Made by a program: the position numbers and the translations under genes. A stretch of DNA of 64,000 nt from the NCBI GenBank assembly GCA_010093815.1, contig ML996586.1; one strand, given 5' to 3'. Numbering within the stretch: position 1 is the stretch's first letter; the number at the start of each line of letters is the position of its first letter. This DNA is from Pseudovirgaria hyperparasitica (Eukaryota). Positions 25,413 to 39,523 of this stretch are shown here, piece after piece. The notes below the pieces were generated by a model that ran no database searches, had not been told where the DNA came from, and was given only the letters and a program-made list of their open reading frames with translations.

Positions 25413-28400
25413 TATTATTATTAGTTCTATCGGTAAGTTACGTTCTAAGGAGAGGTAGTTTAAGCGAGGCGGAAGTGGAGGAGGAGGTTTTATTAATTAA
25501 GGAGGTATGGAGAGGTATAAGAGGGAAGAGTTATATACTATCTTAAGTTCTCTTTTTTATGCCTCCTCGAATACCGGGTATATGGTGATTTTTATGAATG
25601 ATCCTTACTAACGGCCGTAGGCCCGTATACGTGTCGAATCTGTGAATGAATATATACTAGGTATATAGGAAATCTATAAATAAATGTGTCTACCGGGTAT
25701 ATAGCGGAATCTATAAATAAATAGATACCGGGTATATTCTTATCCTCATGAGACTTCCTATAAGTATCTTTTTCTCTTATACCTCCTCCTTCTTTTCTTC
25801 CTTATTAGTTTCTAACGGGGCCCGTTCCATAGTAACGAAATAGGCCTTCGATGGGTGGGCTTCGATTACACGACCGGTTTTAATGTATGGTAGGTGGAAT
25901 TTCGCGTAAACGCTATTATGTCTTCTTTCGAGCATTGCTTACTTTAATAATAGGTTTTATCATTTTATAGTAATGATAGGGTTTATTATTCTCTTTCGAT
26001 GATGGAGTTTATCGTCATGAGACTACTTTTATAAGTATCCCTTCCCTCCTTAAAAAAACTTCTGTCCCCTAGAAGGAGATGTCGATTCTAGGGAAACATA
26101 AATATTCCTCTCTATTAAAGCCTTACAGAGTAGGAATTACCACTTCTACCTGGGTTCGTATAGTGTCGTCGAGGTGTTCCGTGAGTTATTTATAATAGTT
26201 TTCCTTATCGCTACTCTCCTTATTTTCCTTGGTAATTCTTCTAATTAGTGGTCGCGAGGGCTTATCGTGACTCTCGTTACTCGCATTTCTCATGAAATAT
26301 TTCTTTAACCTGTGGCTAGGAAACGTCCCTCTAAGCATGGCTCTATTAAGCTCCGCGAGCTTGTAAGTATAATTAAACACGGACTAGATTCTATATGGCC
26401 CCCTCTAATGCTACCTTAGCTTCCGCCCTATATCCTTCTATTACTACGAGTCGTATAGGAGGATAATCGTGTCGACTAGTAACGACTCTTAACGAAGGTG
26501 ATAGTTGTTATTCCATGCCTCTCTCGATTCCTTACGCGTTCGTGTCGCGTGGGCATGGGCCTCCTTAAGATCCTCGGATCTTCTCTTAAGTTATCTAGCT
26601 CGAAGAGCGAGTAAGTCGGATGTCGATCGCACCTTGTCCTAAGGGAGCATTCGGAGCGACTCGAATTCGACTTCGATAGGCATGATTGGTTTATGGCTAA
26701 GCACGAGGTATACGGTACTATACCCTATACTAGTACGTGTCGTTATTCTATCTACCTAGACGACCGCATGGAGGTAGTCGGGCTAGTTCTTGAATCTACT
26801 ATTAGTTATCTTCGCAAGAGCATTAGCGAGTAGTATAAAACTTCTCTTAATAATCCTATTTACTCGGGGATTATACGCAGACGTAACCTTCTAATAAATT
26901 CTATAGAGTTAGAGGAGCTCCTCTATAGCACCCATATTTTCTCTACTACCGTTATAGGTAATTTTAGGAATAATTCTATATCTATAGATTACGTTCTTAA
27001 AGAGGAACTTTACGACGACTATGGACGTGGCCGCCGTACATGCCTCCGCCTTAGTCTATCCGCTTAGCTATTCTCGTATAGATACCACTTTACTATACTC
27101 TATAGAAGGTGGTAGTACCGTTACGTCCAAGTGCATTCTTTACTAAAGAATAGGCGTTATAACGTGGTAGAGCCCTTTATTAAGACCTCCGAGGAGCTTG
27201 CTTCGTTATTAATATTTATTATAGATTTTTACGTACTATCGCACGTCTCTACGTATATCTATCTACTAATACTTATCCTTAATCCTTCTAAGGGTCCCTT
27301 TGCTACCTCTATAATCTATCTCGTTATAAGTAGTAGTAATTATACGCGCCCTAGTATTCGGATCCTTAATTACTCGTATGTGTTAGCGATGCCTATCTCC
27401 TCTCCACTAGAGTATTTAGTTATACACGAGGAACTTTAGGTAGTTAGTTATAAAGGCCTTATACGCTCGGTCGGTTAGGTTAGTTAGCCTCTCGAGTATA
27501 GTAAGATACTTCGTAATCCTCTACTATTTATCGCTATATTCATCTATTAAGGGAGACTTAATGGCGGTATAGTCGAGTATCCCTATCGTGTAATCTCTTC
27601 TACTAATGGGCTTGATTAACGACGTCTCTAGCACGTCTATACATAGAGCCATGTCCACGAACTCGTCTAGGTTAAAGGTAGGGACGTCTGGTGGTTCTTC
27701 TTCTTCGTGTATCCGTAAGATACTATCGGCGACTACGTTACGCTTTCTAGGTACGTGCCTAACTATGAAGTTCTATAGCTAAATCCACGCGAGCCACCTA
27801 GTAACGAGCGCCCCTAGTAAGTTAGTTACGGTGCGGTTGATTTAAGCGACTAGAGTATTCGCGTCTATTTCTATAATAAAGTGCGTGCCATAGAGGTATT
27901 ACCGGAACTTCTATAACGCGTGGAGGAGGGCTCGGTACTCTAGTTTCACGGTGTCGTAGTTTCTCTTAGCTTTTAACCACATTCCTCTATTATACCGCGA
28001 TAGCTAACGTTTATAATCCTCGTTCTCCTACATTAACGTAGCCCTCCACCTAACGTTACTAGAGTCTACTACTAGGATTATGTCTCCCGTACCTATCCCG
28101 TACCGTAACGTTATTAGTGCGGGAGCAGTGGTTAGAGCTATCTTTAGCGCGTCCATCGAGGTCTACTCCTTGGCTATCTACTACTAGGCCGATTCATTCT
28201 TTAATAGTATAAATAGCGGCGATGCGATAACAGCGTACCCGGGGATCCATATCCGGAAATATATATAAACGCCAAGGAAGGCTCGCACATTCGTCGTGTT
28301 TTTACAGGGTTTCTAGTCCCTAATAGTAGTAACCTTTTTATTACTCGGTCGCCTCCCTTCAATGCCGTAGACGTATCCTATAACGTTAGCGGCTTTAATA

Positions 28401-29701
28401 TACTACTAAGTCTTCTTGCTACTTAGGGCGTATCCGGCGCGCTCTATATCCGCGAGAACCTTATCTACGTTAATTAAATGTTCTAGGATATACCTACGAA
28501 TTCTAGGCAGGGCCTCCTTAGAGTTATATTTCGTCATAGGTCCTTTAATACCTAAGTCATCTAGGAATAGTAGAGCCCTCTCCGGGATGTGTTCTTATAT
28601 GATAGTTAATATGATTCTAACGAACTAAGCTACTAAATTAGTGGCCCCTTAAGGTAATATTATCCCGTGTAGCAATCCTAGGGGCGTTATAAACCCCGTT
28701 AAGTCTCGGTAATGCTCTACTAATGGAATCTAATCGTATTCTAAGAAGAAGTCGGTAAACGTTAAGACGGCCATCCCCGTGAAGTACTCCGAGAATTCTT
28801 TATATAAGGGCGGCGTGGCCGCATCACGAATGGTAACTCGGTTAATTTCTATCGCCAAATTAATTAACCTATAATCTCGTTCCTTATTAGCTTCCTTCTT
28901 CTTTTCCATAAGAAAATAGGCGTTTCGATAAGGACCACTATAGGGCTCGAGCCTTCCGCTATTAAGACGCTCTTTTAGGATCGTGAGTACCTTTCTATGA
29001 AGGGCTCTAGGAATATTAAAGTTCTTAGTCTACCATGCCTTATGTTCTACCGTTCGGATCTCCTGCGGAGGTGCCACCTCTTCGTTAAATTTGCCAAGGT
29101 ATAAGAATTCCTATGCTAGTGCTTCCTCGCGATATAATAAGATTGTATATAGTAACTTGAGTTCCGCGGGACGTAGCTCTATTCCAATCTTTAGCTAACT
29201 TATATGTAGAGGCGTTAGACGTGTTTCTAGCGGGATAGTTGCCCTTTAAGGCTCTATCAGCCTATTAAACGCGTTAAGGCCTAGGTGGACGGCCGGAAGA
29301 AGTGTCTACCGTGCGATTGCTCGTTCACGCTAGTCTAGATACCCTAATAGATTCCTAGGGACCTTTCGGTGGGCTTCGGAGTCATCCATAGGGTGTACTT
29401 TAACTCCCTTTCTTTTATATATGGTAGCTATACTAAATCCCTTTAATACCCCGGATGAATACCGTCTTTGGAGGCTGGTAGAGCCTGCTATAAGCCATTC
29501 TATTATCGTGCCTTATTTATATGCGAAGGTAGCGTACCTTACCGCCGTAACTAGGGCGGCTAAGTCATCTTTTCTCGATAACCGAGTAACATTTTCAGGC
29601 CGGATTTTCTCGGAAAGCAACTCTATATGACTCATTTCTATATCTGTATAAAAATATATCCTATCCCCTTCGTTAGTGGGTTTACCGGACCCCATTTAGT
29701 G

Positions 29702-29740
29702 CGGATTATTAGTTAAGGGTAGCCCTTAACTAATAATCCG
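29702..29740. repeat. Shared palindrome, 18-bp arms, inside Gypsy B pol between protease and RT
   Basis: CGGATTATTAGTTAAGGG-tag-CCCTTAACTAATAATCCG. Confidence 0.95.
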
Positions 29741-32417
29741 GCTTAACTCCGGCTTCTAGCGACATGCTCCGCTATATAGTTAGTCTCTAGCCACGGAGTT
29801 ACCCTCCTTCTCTAAGACTAGAATATACTCGTCCGGACTGGTTTCGAAGGTTATACGTTCTTATCTATATACGGAGTAGACTATTAAGAGTACTTGCCTA
29901 GAGGCTGACCTCTACACCGTAAGTGAGGCCTGCCTAGTATATGGCTCCCCTAGGATAAGGTCATGATTAAGTTCGCTGTATACGAATATCGAAGTGGCCG
30001 TAACGATCCGACCTATGCGGATAGGGCATTACTATACTATTCCTACGAATGGAGTGCTATACTAAGTAGCGCTAACTAAACTCGAGTTCTTTATATATGG
30101 TAGAAGCGAAGATATCGCTAGCCTAAGACGCCTTATAGTATCTAGTCGAATACTATTTACCTGCGCGCTACTATCGAATAGTACTATACTAGTCGCCCTT
30201 TTAGAACTAACTTCCACGGGGTACCTCGGACACTCGGCTACTAGCCTTACTATCCCTTCTTTAAGCTAATTAATATCTTATTACGTGATGGCCGTCCCCG
30301 TGGTATAGAGGGGTACTAATATATTAAGTTTATTTATCTCGGGAGCCATGGCATGGTCGTTTCTTCCTTTCTTCTCGGCTCTCTCCTCTTAAGCCTTATA
30401 GACCTCTCTAGCCATGAAGTTAGGGGCGCCCTTCTTAAATACCGTATAACGTAAGTTACTATTAAGGCTTAATAGTTCGCTAATAGTAATATTCATGGTT
30501 GTCCCTAGAACGCGCACTAGCCATGCTTCGCTAGCTTCTATGCTTAGCCGCTATCCCTCGCGTAGATAGTTATTAAGCTTAACGCCTCGGATACGTGCCT
30601 TTTAACTAGGATTTAGGCCATCCCCTTCATCTATCTTATCCTTAGGCGCCGTTAGCTCTTATTTAGACGTTCCCTAGTCGCTACTCTTCTTACTATCCTC
30701 CTATTCCTCGATAATTCTTATATACTACCCTTCACGCATTCCGCGGAGATAGGCGATCTTTCTTTCCTTAGTATAATTAGGTATACTCTTCGTAATCCCC
30801 CTTCTAGATATTACGAGTATAGCGGGCTCTTCTAGAGCTATCTCCTCGCGGATATATCTATTACTAGCTACGTCGAAGCGTTCGTGGAATTCTATATATC
30901 TATCTTTCTTACTCTCGGGCGACGTGACTTCTTCTTCCGAATCGCTGTCCGCCAAGGCCTAGTAGGGATCCTTTATAGGTTTTATACTAATACTATATAC
31001 CGGCACTCCCTATAAAGCGTTAATGTTTACTATAGACGTGGAAACCTTCACTCCCCCTCCGTACTAGCTTAGGCCGTTTTAAACCGTTACTATATAGTTC
31101 CGGATAGCTTATAGGGTAGCTTATAGCCCTACTAAGGAGGGTAGTAATAGGATTTCTTCTCCGTTCGCCCCGAAACGCCCTCGGAATACTCGTACCCCGT
31201 TAATATTTAGTAATCCGTCTCTAATATATCCTACTATCTCCGGATATCTATATATTAGATAATCTCCTCCGCACGTGATGTATATGATCGGTCTTCGAGG
31301 CCTATTCTAGGCTATAACGCCTCCTTAGGAGTCTCGGGTGGAGACGTATTCTCTATTCTATGTATAATTCTATGGATAAACTTGCGTTAGTTCCATGGGT
31401 ATACCTCGTGCTTAGGGGTATGTTAAAAGATTTAGCCTTCGCGCCTATTAGTTAATAATGGCCGAAAGTAGCTTAGGTTCATACTTCTTAAGGGATAAGA
31501 ATAAGGGATTAGAGGTAAAGTAGGACTTTATCTTAATTAACGTAAGGTCTAGTTTACTAAATCTCTCTACTATCTCGTTAAACTTATCCGATTCTAGCGC
31601 GACGTATACTTCGACTAGAGAGGGGTGGCTAAATTTATTAGTTCTTCTTTCTTTATGTGACTGCTCTTCTAAGCTGGTCTTCTTACTCCCTATCTTTGAT
31701 TTATAGTATATGGCTATGGCTAGCTCTTGTGCGGCTAAGTGCTTGTTAATACGAGCTAGTTCCTTAAGTACTCTAGCCTTTCGTGATACGAAGCCATAGA
31801 TAATTACCTAGTTATAACTATGTGCTTCCATCGTGAGTTGATATTTCTCTATAGCCCGAGCCTTAAGACTATTAGGCAGCCCTTCTAGGAAGAGCTCTAT
31901 TTGCGAATACGAGCTTAGGCTTTCTTTAGCCGTAAGTTTCTCCGTAATAATACGATACTAGGAGTAGTATATAGGGAGAGAGTAGGATGGGTCTACTTTA
32001 ACCATTTCCACGTATTTTCGGATAAAGTGGATGGTGCCTTCCTTGAGGGCGGAGTTAAATAGAGAGAATTCCTTTAATAATTCTTCACGTAGTATGGCCC
32101 ACTACTATTTCTAAAACCTACCTATTCCTTTAATGGTAGGACGGAGATAGTCCTCGTAGTATAACGGTAGAGAGGTTATCTTCTTATTAGGCGGAACTTC
32201 GTAGTTTATATATATGTCCTTATACTTCCGAAGGAAGGCCGTAATGTTTATTCCTTTAAAGCGCTCGGGGGCTAGGGTAGATAGAGGTACCATCCTTCCT
32301 TGTCGCGCAAATGCTACGAAGAAGTCAAGTATCTCTCTACGAGTTACTAGGTCGTTTTAAGCTCCTATCGTACCATTACTAGTAGTAGGTGTGCTAGTGG
32401 AGACGCTGGGGGTAAGG

Positions 32418-32445
32418 TTATTAGTTAAGGGATTGCCTTAACTAA
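32418..32445. repeat. Degenerate shared palindrome in the Gypsy B gag N-terminal region
   Basis: TTAGTTAAGG-gattg-CCTTAACTAA. Confidence 0.85.
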
Positions 32446-32929
32446 AGGTTGGCCCAATGCGTCTACCTATAACACCTATCATCCCTTCTCCATGTTAATT
32501 AATCCCTTTATAAGGTAAACTATTACTATCGTCTTCATCGATATAAGGTTTACGGTATTCTACTTATGTTATTATCTTCGTGTAAGGCGTTCCTAAAGTG
32601 GTATACTCGTGTGGCCGTGTTTATAAATAACAGCTATAGTAGTACTAAACGGGTTGTATTTGTCGTTTTTGAACTCTTCTTTGCTGCTTTATCTAGCCCT
32701 GTTTTATATCCCATTCCCCTAAGACATTTTCGAGTCGCGCTATCACCCGTGTTAGTATGCGTATGCTTTTTGCGGCTACTTTTAAGAGGCTAGCCCCTAG
32801 CGACTCCGGACTCCCTGTTTTCTAGACTCGTGGCTTCGATCTAGTAAGTCTAGACTACCTTATTAGGCACGCTATATACTTCCCCTAAGCTAGTTTCGGA
32901 GTCCTAATCTCCCCCTATAAGTTTACGGT

Positions 32930-32945
32930 CCGGGTACGACCTCCA
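32930..32945 (-). promoter_or_regulatory. Primer-binding site of Gypsy B, probably tRNA-Gln
   Basis: TGGAGGTCGTACCCGG starts 4 nt after the 5' LTR. Its complement CCGGGTACGACCT-CCA resembles the fungal tRNA-Gln 3' end as recalled, not searched. Confidence 0.7.
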
Positions 32946-32949
32946 AAAT

Positions 32950-33321
32950 TATAATAAGCTATCGCCAAGTATGTCCCTTTTTATAAATGGCTGTGTTCTT
33001 AGTATAGTAGTCGCGACGAACTTACAAGTATCTCTCCTAGGTATTATGAGTTCTCTTTGAACGCACGACTTCTTATTAGTTCTCTTTTACGATAGGACGG
33101 GTCTATACAATACTCTTAATCAATTTATTAATAGCTAAGCCTAATAATCAATACCTATTGAGGCCCATGAACGTAAGGAAAGGTCGAATCGTCGAATATT
33201 CGTGATGGGGGAAGCGTGCCGAGCAGAATGACCAAGGAAAACGCCCTCCTTAAATATACAATGAGCCATGTGATCGAGCTAGGGACACATACATGTAGGG
33301 CTATAGGAGCGGCCTTCTACA
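32950..33321 (-). repeat. 5' LTR of Gypsy B copy 2
   Basis: Direct repeat with 21909-22280; flanked by ATAG. Confidence 0.96.
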
Positions 33322-35299
33322 ATAGTAAGATAGGTTATTACGGACTAAAGTAGACTATAAGTAGACCTTCGTGGACGGCTTACTTTACTATAATAGAAAG
33401 TACTATATACTAATAGATAACGCGCAATTTAACGTAGTTAGCTAATACTATAACGCTAACCTAGTAGAATACTTTAGATATATACGTACCCTAAGCTTAA
33501 TTCGTTAGTACTATTTTTAGGAAGATATACCTAAGTACGTCGAAGAATAGATAGCTACTTATCCAATTTATTAAAGAACGAAGGCCCCTAGGCACAAGCC
33601 ATATAGGAATTTACAGCCTCTTTCAGCCCCCCTCTTTATATAGAAAGATATTACTATAAACTTTATAGTTAACTTATCTCTAAGCGAGATACTTAGAATA
33701 AGTTATAATTCTATTCTTATTATCGTAGATAGACTTATAAAGATATCTAGGTATATCCCGGTATAGAAGACGATTACATCCAAAGAACTAGCGTAGGTGT
33801 TCTAGAACGAGATTATTAAGGTCTATGGTATACTAAAAAGGATCGTTACGGACTAAGGAAGTACCGTTACATCTAAATTCTAGACGTTATTCTATAAAAT
33901 AGTAAGTATAAATAGAAACATATCTATAGTATTTTATCCTTAGACGGATAGCTAGATAGAGCGATAGAACTAGACGCTTGAGGCCTATCTACGCGTATTC
34001 TATAATTTCGAGTAGAACGACTAGGCCTCCCTACTAAGTATAGTAGAGTTCGTATATAATAATAGTCGTTATAGCACGATAGGTATTATACCTTTCTAGG
34101 CGAACCTCGGACGTAGTCTAAGGATAGGTTTTAAGCCTTAGATAGTCTAATTTAATTAAATAATAGACGTGAACGTCCACGCTTAGGAATTAGCGATTAA
34201 AATCTTCGAAACCGCACGTAACTATTACGCTATAATCTAATAAGTAAACGACTCGTATATAAAGTACTATAATAGATTAGCTAAGGATTAGACGTATAAG
34301 GAGGGCGACAAGGTCCTTCTTAACGTCCGCGATATACGAACGTCGCGAGTAAATAAGAAGCTCGATTATAAAATGGCTAGTCCCTTCCGAATTAAACGTT
34401 ATATCGGTATAAGAGTCTACGAGCTCGACTTAGGAAGTAATATAAGAATCCATAACGTGTTCCACGTCTTACTACTTAAAAGATTTCAACCTAACGTATA
34501 TAGCCGTACGAACGTGTAGTTACACTCTATTATACCCTAAGATAGACTAGACGTGTTCGAAGTAGACTATATTATCGAACATAGGATCGATAAAGACGGT
34601 ATTTAGAAATATAGAATCCGTTAGAAGGACTATACTAAGGACGAGGACACCTAGGAACCAGCGGTATACATCTTAAGTTCTATAATGGCTGCGTATAAGC
34701 AAAAGATATAGAATAGCGTATTATTAATATAAGTATAGCGACGTCGCGGTCGTTATAAAAAGAAGAAGGATACCGTAGAGAACGAAGTACTAAACTAGGA
34801 AATCTAGACGCGCACTAGGAAAACTCTATATAGCAGCCCTATAATTCAAGCGTCGCATGGTTACTAGACGTGAAAAAAGCGTAAATAACCATTTTAGAAA
34901 CGTGACGCGACATACTATAATAGAATAACATAGAAGAGTCTAGAATAGACTAACATGGACTATTATATACAAGAAAAACATAGGACTAAGAACCTAAAAA
35001 AAGGTACCCTACCATAGAATTAAACTCTTAATACGAAATATAAAAGGTTAGAGTATCTAAACTAATAACTACTAGGCTACTAGTTCGGGTACTCTAATGG
35101 AATTTATAGAGATAAACCAATTTATATACGGTGCCTACACTTAGGTAACTCAAGGAAAATTAGAATATAGAAACCGATAGTTATAAGCTAAGCAAGCGCA
35201 TATATAATATCGTTAAGTTAAGAATTAAATTACTAGAAACTAGCCGACGGGTATCTAAACGGTCTAAAAAGGACTAAAATGGATAAAAGCTAGGTAAAC

Positions 35300-36721
35300 A
35301 GAGCTGGCGTGTACCACCCATAGTAGATCTAGAACACATAGAGCTAGACATAGAGCTAACACATAGAGCCAGGCACAGAGCCAAACCCATAGAGCTAGAA
35401 CCATAGAGCTACTCCTCTATCTTATTATCCATCCTAACCTCTAGTATAGTTCTCTCTAACCGCATGATATGGCGGCGGAGGACGACGACCTTAGCCTCTA
35501 GAGTAATAACCTAATCCGTTAGAGCCTAGAGGGAAGAGCCTTAAGCGCCGGAGCGTAGCGACTAGGTCCAAAGTTAGCTAACACGATCTAGAATAATCTA
35601 GAAGGGAATATATACCCTCTTATAAGGCGACTTAGAGGGAGAAATAGTAGACCTCTTATAAGATCTATTAGTAGCGCGAGACGGATAGAGGGGGATAGAG
35701 CGAATCCTCTCTACGGCCTCTATAGCTAGAATAGACTCTCTAGAATAGACTACCTAGGCGCTAGGGATCTCGCGGCGGCTAGAAAAATTAATAGGTGTTA
35801 AAAACAATTAACGTACTCGTAACTTATACTTTAATAACCTCTAGGAAGAGCTTATAGCGCTCCCTAAACTCCCTCTATATAGTAGGTAGGCGGCTATAAG
35901 GACCCCTAAGGGTCTCGCGGACGCGAAGGTCGTTATATACATCTTATATACGCATAGGAACCTAAGAATGTATTAGCGTGGACTACTTTAGATTATACTA
36001 GATTAAGATAGTCTATTATACTCACCTATAGATAAGTCTTACTAGTTACGGTATAGTGGCGGTAGCGGGTAGGTAGAGTAAAGATAGGGTATATAGGCCC
36101 GTCGCGGTTAGTAGAGTAGTAGCTAATGCTAGAGTTAGAGCGAAAGAGATATTTAGAGCCGGCCGCATGGCCCTTAATATACTTATAGTATATTAAACTA
36201 TAGTTCGCCGTTTTTCTATAGCGTAAACCGTAACCACGTTTAGTATCCTCGGCGACCTAGGCCTTATTATTAGTAGGCTAGGGTTTAGAGCGAATATTAA
36301 GGTCCTAAAAGGACCTAGAGCGACTAAATCGGTCCATATTAGACCGGAAGGAAGAGCGGTAAGGCGGTGGCGTAGGTAAGCGCGAGGGCTCGCGATCATC
36401 GTCTATAACGAGATCTTCTTTATCCTCTAGAGAAGGTAGAGTAGACGGCGTGCGCTTTAGAGCGAGAGGAGAACCTACGACTACTTCATCCATAAGTTTA
36501 GTACTAGAATTACCTAGATTAGAGCGACTAGTAGCCACATTAGTAGTAGAGGTAGTAGTAGTAGTAGCCCTAGCTACTCTCTTCTCTGACTTAGAGCGCG
36601 CCTTTATACTACCGCGATAGATAGACTTCTTAGCCGGCGTGGCCGGGGAGAAGGCGATACCTTTAGAGCGAGTCTTACGAGAGGAGGAGGCAGGCTTAGA
36701 GATAGAACTAGTATTAGATAT
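35300..36721 (-). pseudogene. Antisense intron-containing accessory gene in the 3' region of Gypsy C (putative Cys-rich/Zn-binding)
   Basis: Long frame including ORF-track 36305-36538. Y-x2-Y-x6-Y-L-stop precedes intron 35962-36025 (GTGAGT...GCTAAT...TTAG). Likely upstream intron 36722-36910 (GTAAGT...GCTAAC...TAG). 3' end approximate. Confidence 0.65.
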
Positions 36722-37200
36722 CTATATATATATGTTAGCTAGAGATCTAAGGAAGGAATATTCGTCCACCCTTAACGGCGATTAATAAAGCTAAATCAGT
36801 AACCGTAATAACGCGAATAGGTCATATAGGACCGGTTCTAATAAGAATAGACCACTATAGACCCTTCTAAACCTAAACTAGAGAAGATAGTATATAAATT
36901 AACGACTTACCTTAAGAGCGAGGTAGATATACTAGAGAATAAAATTAAAGGCAAGCGAAGCTAAATATATACTCGACCAAAGTAGCGATCACGTGTTCTA
37001 GGTAGTAGCTATAAAGTAAGGGATAAGCGCGTACATGAACTAGTAAAAGTAAACTAGAATCTCGAGTTCACCTATATTAAGGATGGTTATAACGTTATAG
37101 GAACTTAGTTAGGGATATATAGATATATAATAGATTATAGAGACTTAGGATTATATATACTTAAATGCTTCGGGGCGAAGCATAAAAAGAAGAAGGATAT

Positions 37201-37438
37201 TATTAGGACGGGAACCATAATAGACCTATATAGACTATTCTAATCCATGTAGCCACGTAGTGGCCAGAGCTAGGTTAAGTTAGCTAAGTTAAGCGAGGTT
37301 ACTATATAAGTGGACCGTATAAACCGATTCCTACTCGTTAGGAATCAACCTCGTATAAGAGTAAGATTACTCTACAAATACATTTCTATGTCTCTCTATG
37401 AACTGTTAGACTACTATCCTACGTCTTTACTCTTTACA
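37201..37438 (+). repeat. 3' LTR of Gypsy C
   Basis: Preceded by purine tract AAAAAGAAGAAGGA; followed by TSD ATTAG. Confidence 0.95.
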
Positions 37439-39523
37439 ATTAGAGAAAGACTAGAGATAGTACTATTAAGTTTTAACTACCTATATAAATTAGAGGAGAA
37501 AGCTAATAAACACTACCGCATCCTTAAGGAACGCGGATCTCTAGGTAAATCTAATAAACCTAGAACCGGTTAGAAGCGAGGTCGATTAAATACGTTCGAT
37601 TAAGAGTAACCTTAATACGATTAGCGCTAGAAGAGCGTAAATTAAAGTAAATATACGCTAAGAGGATACTAATCTAGTCACGGTAGTAACTCTTAGCGTA
37701 GAAAAGGATAAGGCATAGGCTTAAATGCCACGCCTATCGTAAAATAGTAGAACTATAGCGCACTAACGTACTATAAGTATAGTAAGAAGGGATATATCTC
37801 CCCGAACTATAAGAATCTAAAAAAAGAATAGACTATTACGCGAGACCTAACCGCGTTTTTAGCTAAATTATATATACTTAGGAGGAGCTATAGAGGCTTT
37901 CTACGAGTAAGGACCTAATTCTACTAAAAGTATCATTACCTATAGTAAATAGTACTAAAACTATAAAGCCCTCGTAGATACTAGCGTAGAAGATAACTAT
38001 ATCTTACTAATCCTCGTAAAAGAGTATAGATTATCGTATAACCTTAGTAAAGTTAGCTGAACTATCGTAGTTAATAGCTATAAGATTAGAACTCTAGGTA
38101 AAACTATAATAAACTACGAAGTTCATAATTTAGAGATAATAAAATAGTATATAACTAATAAGTTCGTCGTTACTAATATCGGATAATAGAATATAATTCT
38201 AGGAATACCTTAGCTAAAACGCCTAAACCTAATCCTTAACTTTTAGAAGAAGATATTAACGTTCCGTCGGCATCGTGGTAGATTATACTAGTAAATTATA
38301 ACTATTAGTAAGGAAGCATGGAACCTCGCTATACGGACCCGATCGTTACTAATTTACCTTATATCGCTATTAACCATCGACGAAGACGACGATAGTAACC
38401 CTAATTAGAGTAGAGATATACTATCTAATACGTATTCGTAGTATGCGGATATATTTTCGGTAGGAGACGTATCGCTTCTCCCTAATCATAGACTATATAA
38501 GCTAAAGATTAAGCTCGAAGAGGGAGTAGACATCTCTTATAGTCTACTCTATCTACTTTTAAGGCTTAAACTCGAAGTTCTTTATAAATATATTAAAGAG
38601 TTCCTTAGAAGGGGTTAGATACATCGAAGCACGTTATTAGCCGGCGCGCCTATTCTCTTCGTAAAGAAGAAAGATAGTAGCTTATACCTTTACGTTAACT
38701 ATTAGGTATTAAATATAGTAACTAAGAAGAATCGGCATCTATTACTACTAGTTAGTAAATCTTTAGACTAATTAACGAAGGCATAGTACTTTATAAAGCT
38801 AGACTTACGAGATACTTATTATCGACTCCGAATTCATCACGGAGATAAGTAGAAGACTATATTTTAGACTAGATATAGCTACTTTAAGTATACTATTATA
38901 CCGTTTAGACTAATAAATATACTAGGAGCGTTTTAAGGCTATATTAATACTATACTAGTAGAACTACTTAACGTGATCTATGTCGTTTACCTTAATAATA
39001 TCCTAATTTACTCCGATAGCATAGAAGAGCATATAGAATATATTAAATCCGTGCTAAATCGGCTAAGGTAACATAAGCTTTACGTAAAATTATTCAAATG
39101 TAAGTTCTACCAACGAGAAGTTAGGTTCCTTGGCTTTATTATAACATATAGCGGCCTAAAAATAGAGCTAGAGCGTGTAAAGACTATCATGGAATGGCTA
39201 GAACCTACTACCGTACGTTAAATTAGGACGTTTATAGGGTTTATAAACTATTACCATAAGTTTATTATAGGTTTCTCGCGAATTACGGCGCTACTTAATA
39301 AGCTTACTAAGAACGGCGGTAATATATCTATAGGTAGGCGAGCGTAGCGTAAAGCGGAGTTAATTAAAATATAGTTAACGCCGGAAGCGCGAGATGCATT
39401 CTAATCGTTAAAGAATTACTTTATAACTACGCCGATTCTTAGATATTTTAATCCTAAAAGATATATTTAGGTTAAGATAGACGCATTAGAATTCATAATT
39501 ACTAGAATTATTAGTTAACTATA

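Larger units (their letters stand above)
26186..32600 (-). pseudogene. Gypsy B gag-pol (gag, protease, RT, RNase H, integrase), RIP-inactivated
   Basis: ORF-track fragments 32111-32293, 30725-30955, 29513-29695 and 26186-26380, protease LFDS.AQVN (~30160-30180) and RT FLDDLGIKGP (~28540-28567) all share one frame. Start approximate. Confidence 0.9.
21909..33321 (-). mobile_element. Full-length Gypsy family B (11.4 kb, no chromodomain seen), inserted in the pol of C
   Basis: 372-bp LTRs 21909-22280 and 32950-33321, 4-bp TSD ATAG, tRNA-type PBS, single gag-pol frame plus an extra ORF. Confidence 0.96.
17953..37438 (+). mobile_element. Chromoviral Ty3/Gypsy LTR retrotransposon, family C, inserted in the gag of A
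   Basis: 238-bp LTRs 17953-18190 and 37201-37438, 5-bp TSD ATTAG. Two gag Zn knuckles ~19455-19590, protease ILDSG ~19740, RT ~20300-20900, RNase H ~21150-21600, integrase ~33400-34480, chromodomain ~34550-34690. Confidence 0.95.

Noticed and set aside
32930..32945. tRNA-like sequence ending in CCA
   Set aside because: Only 16 nt and adjacent to an LTR; it is a primer-binding site, not a tRNA gene.
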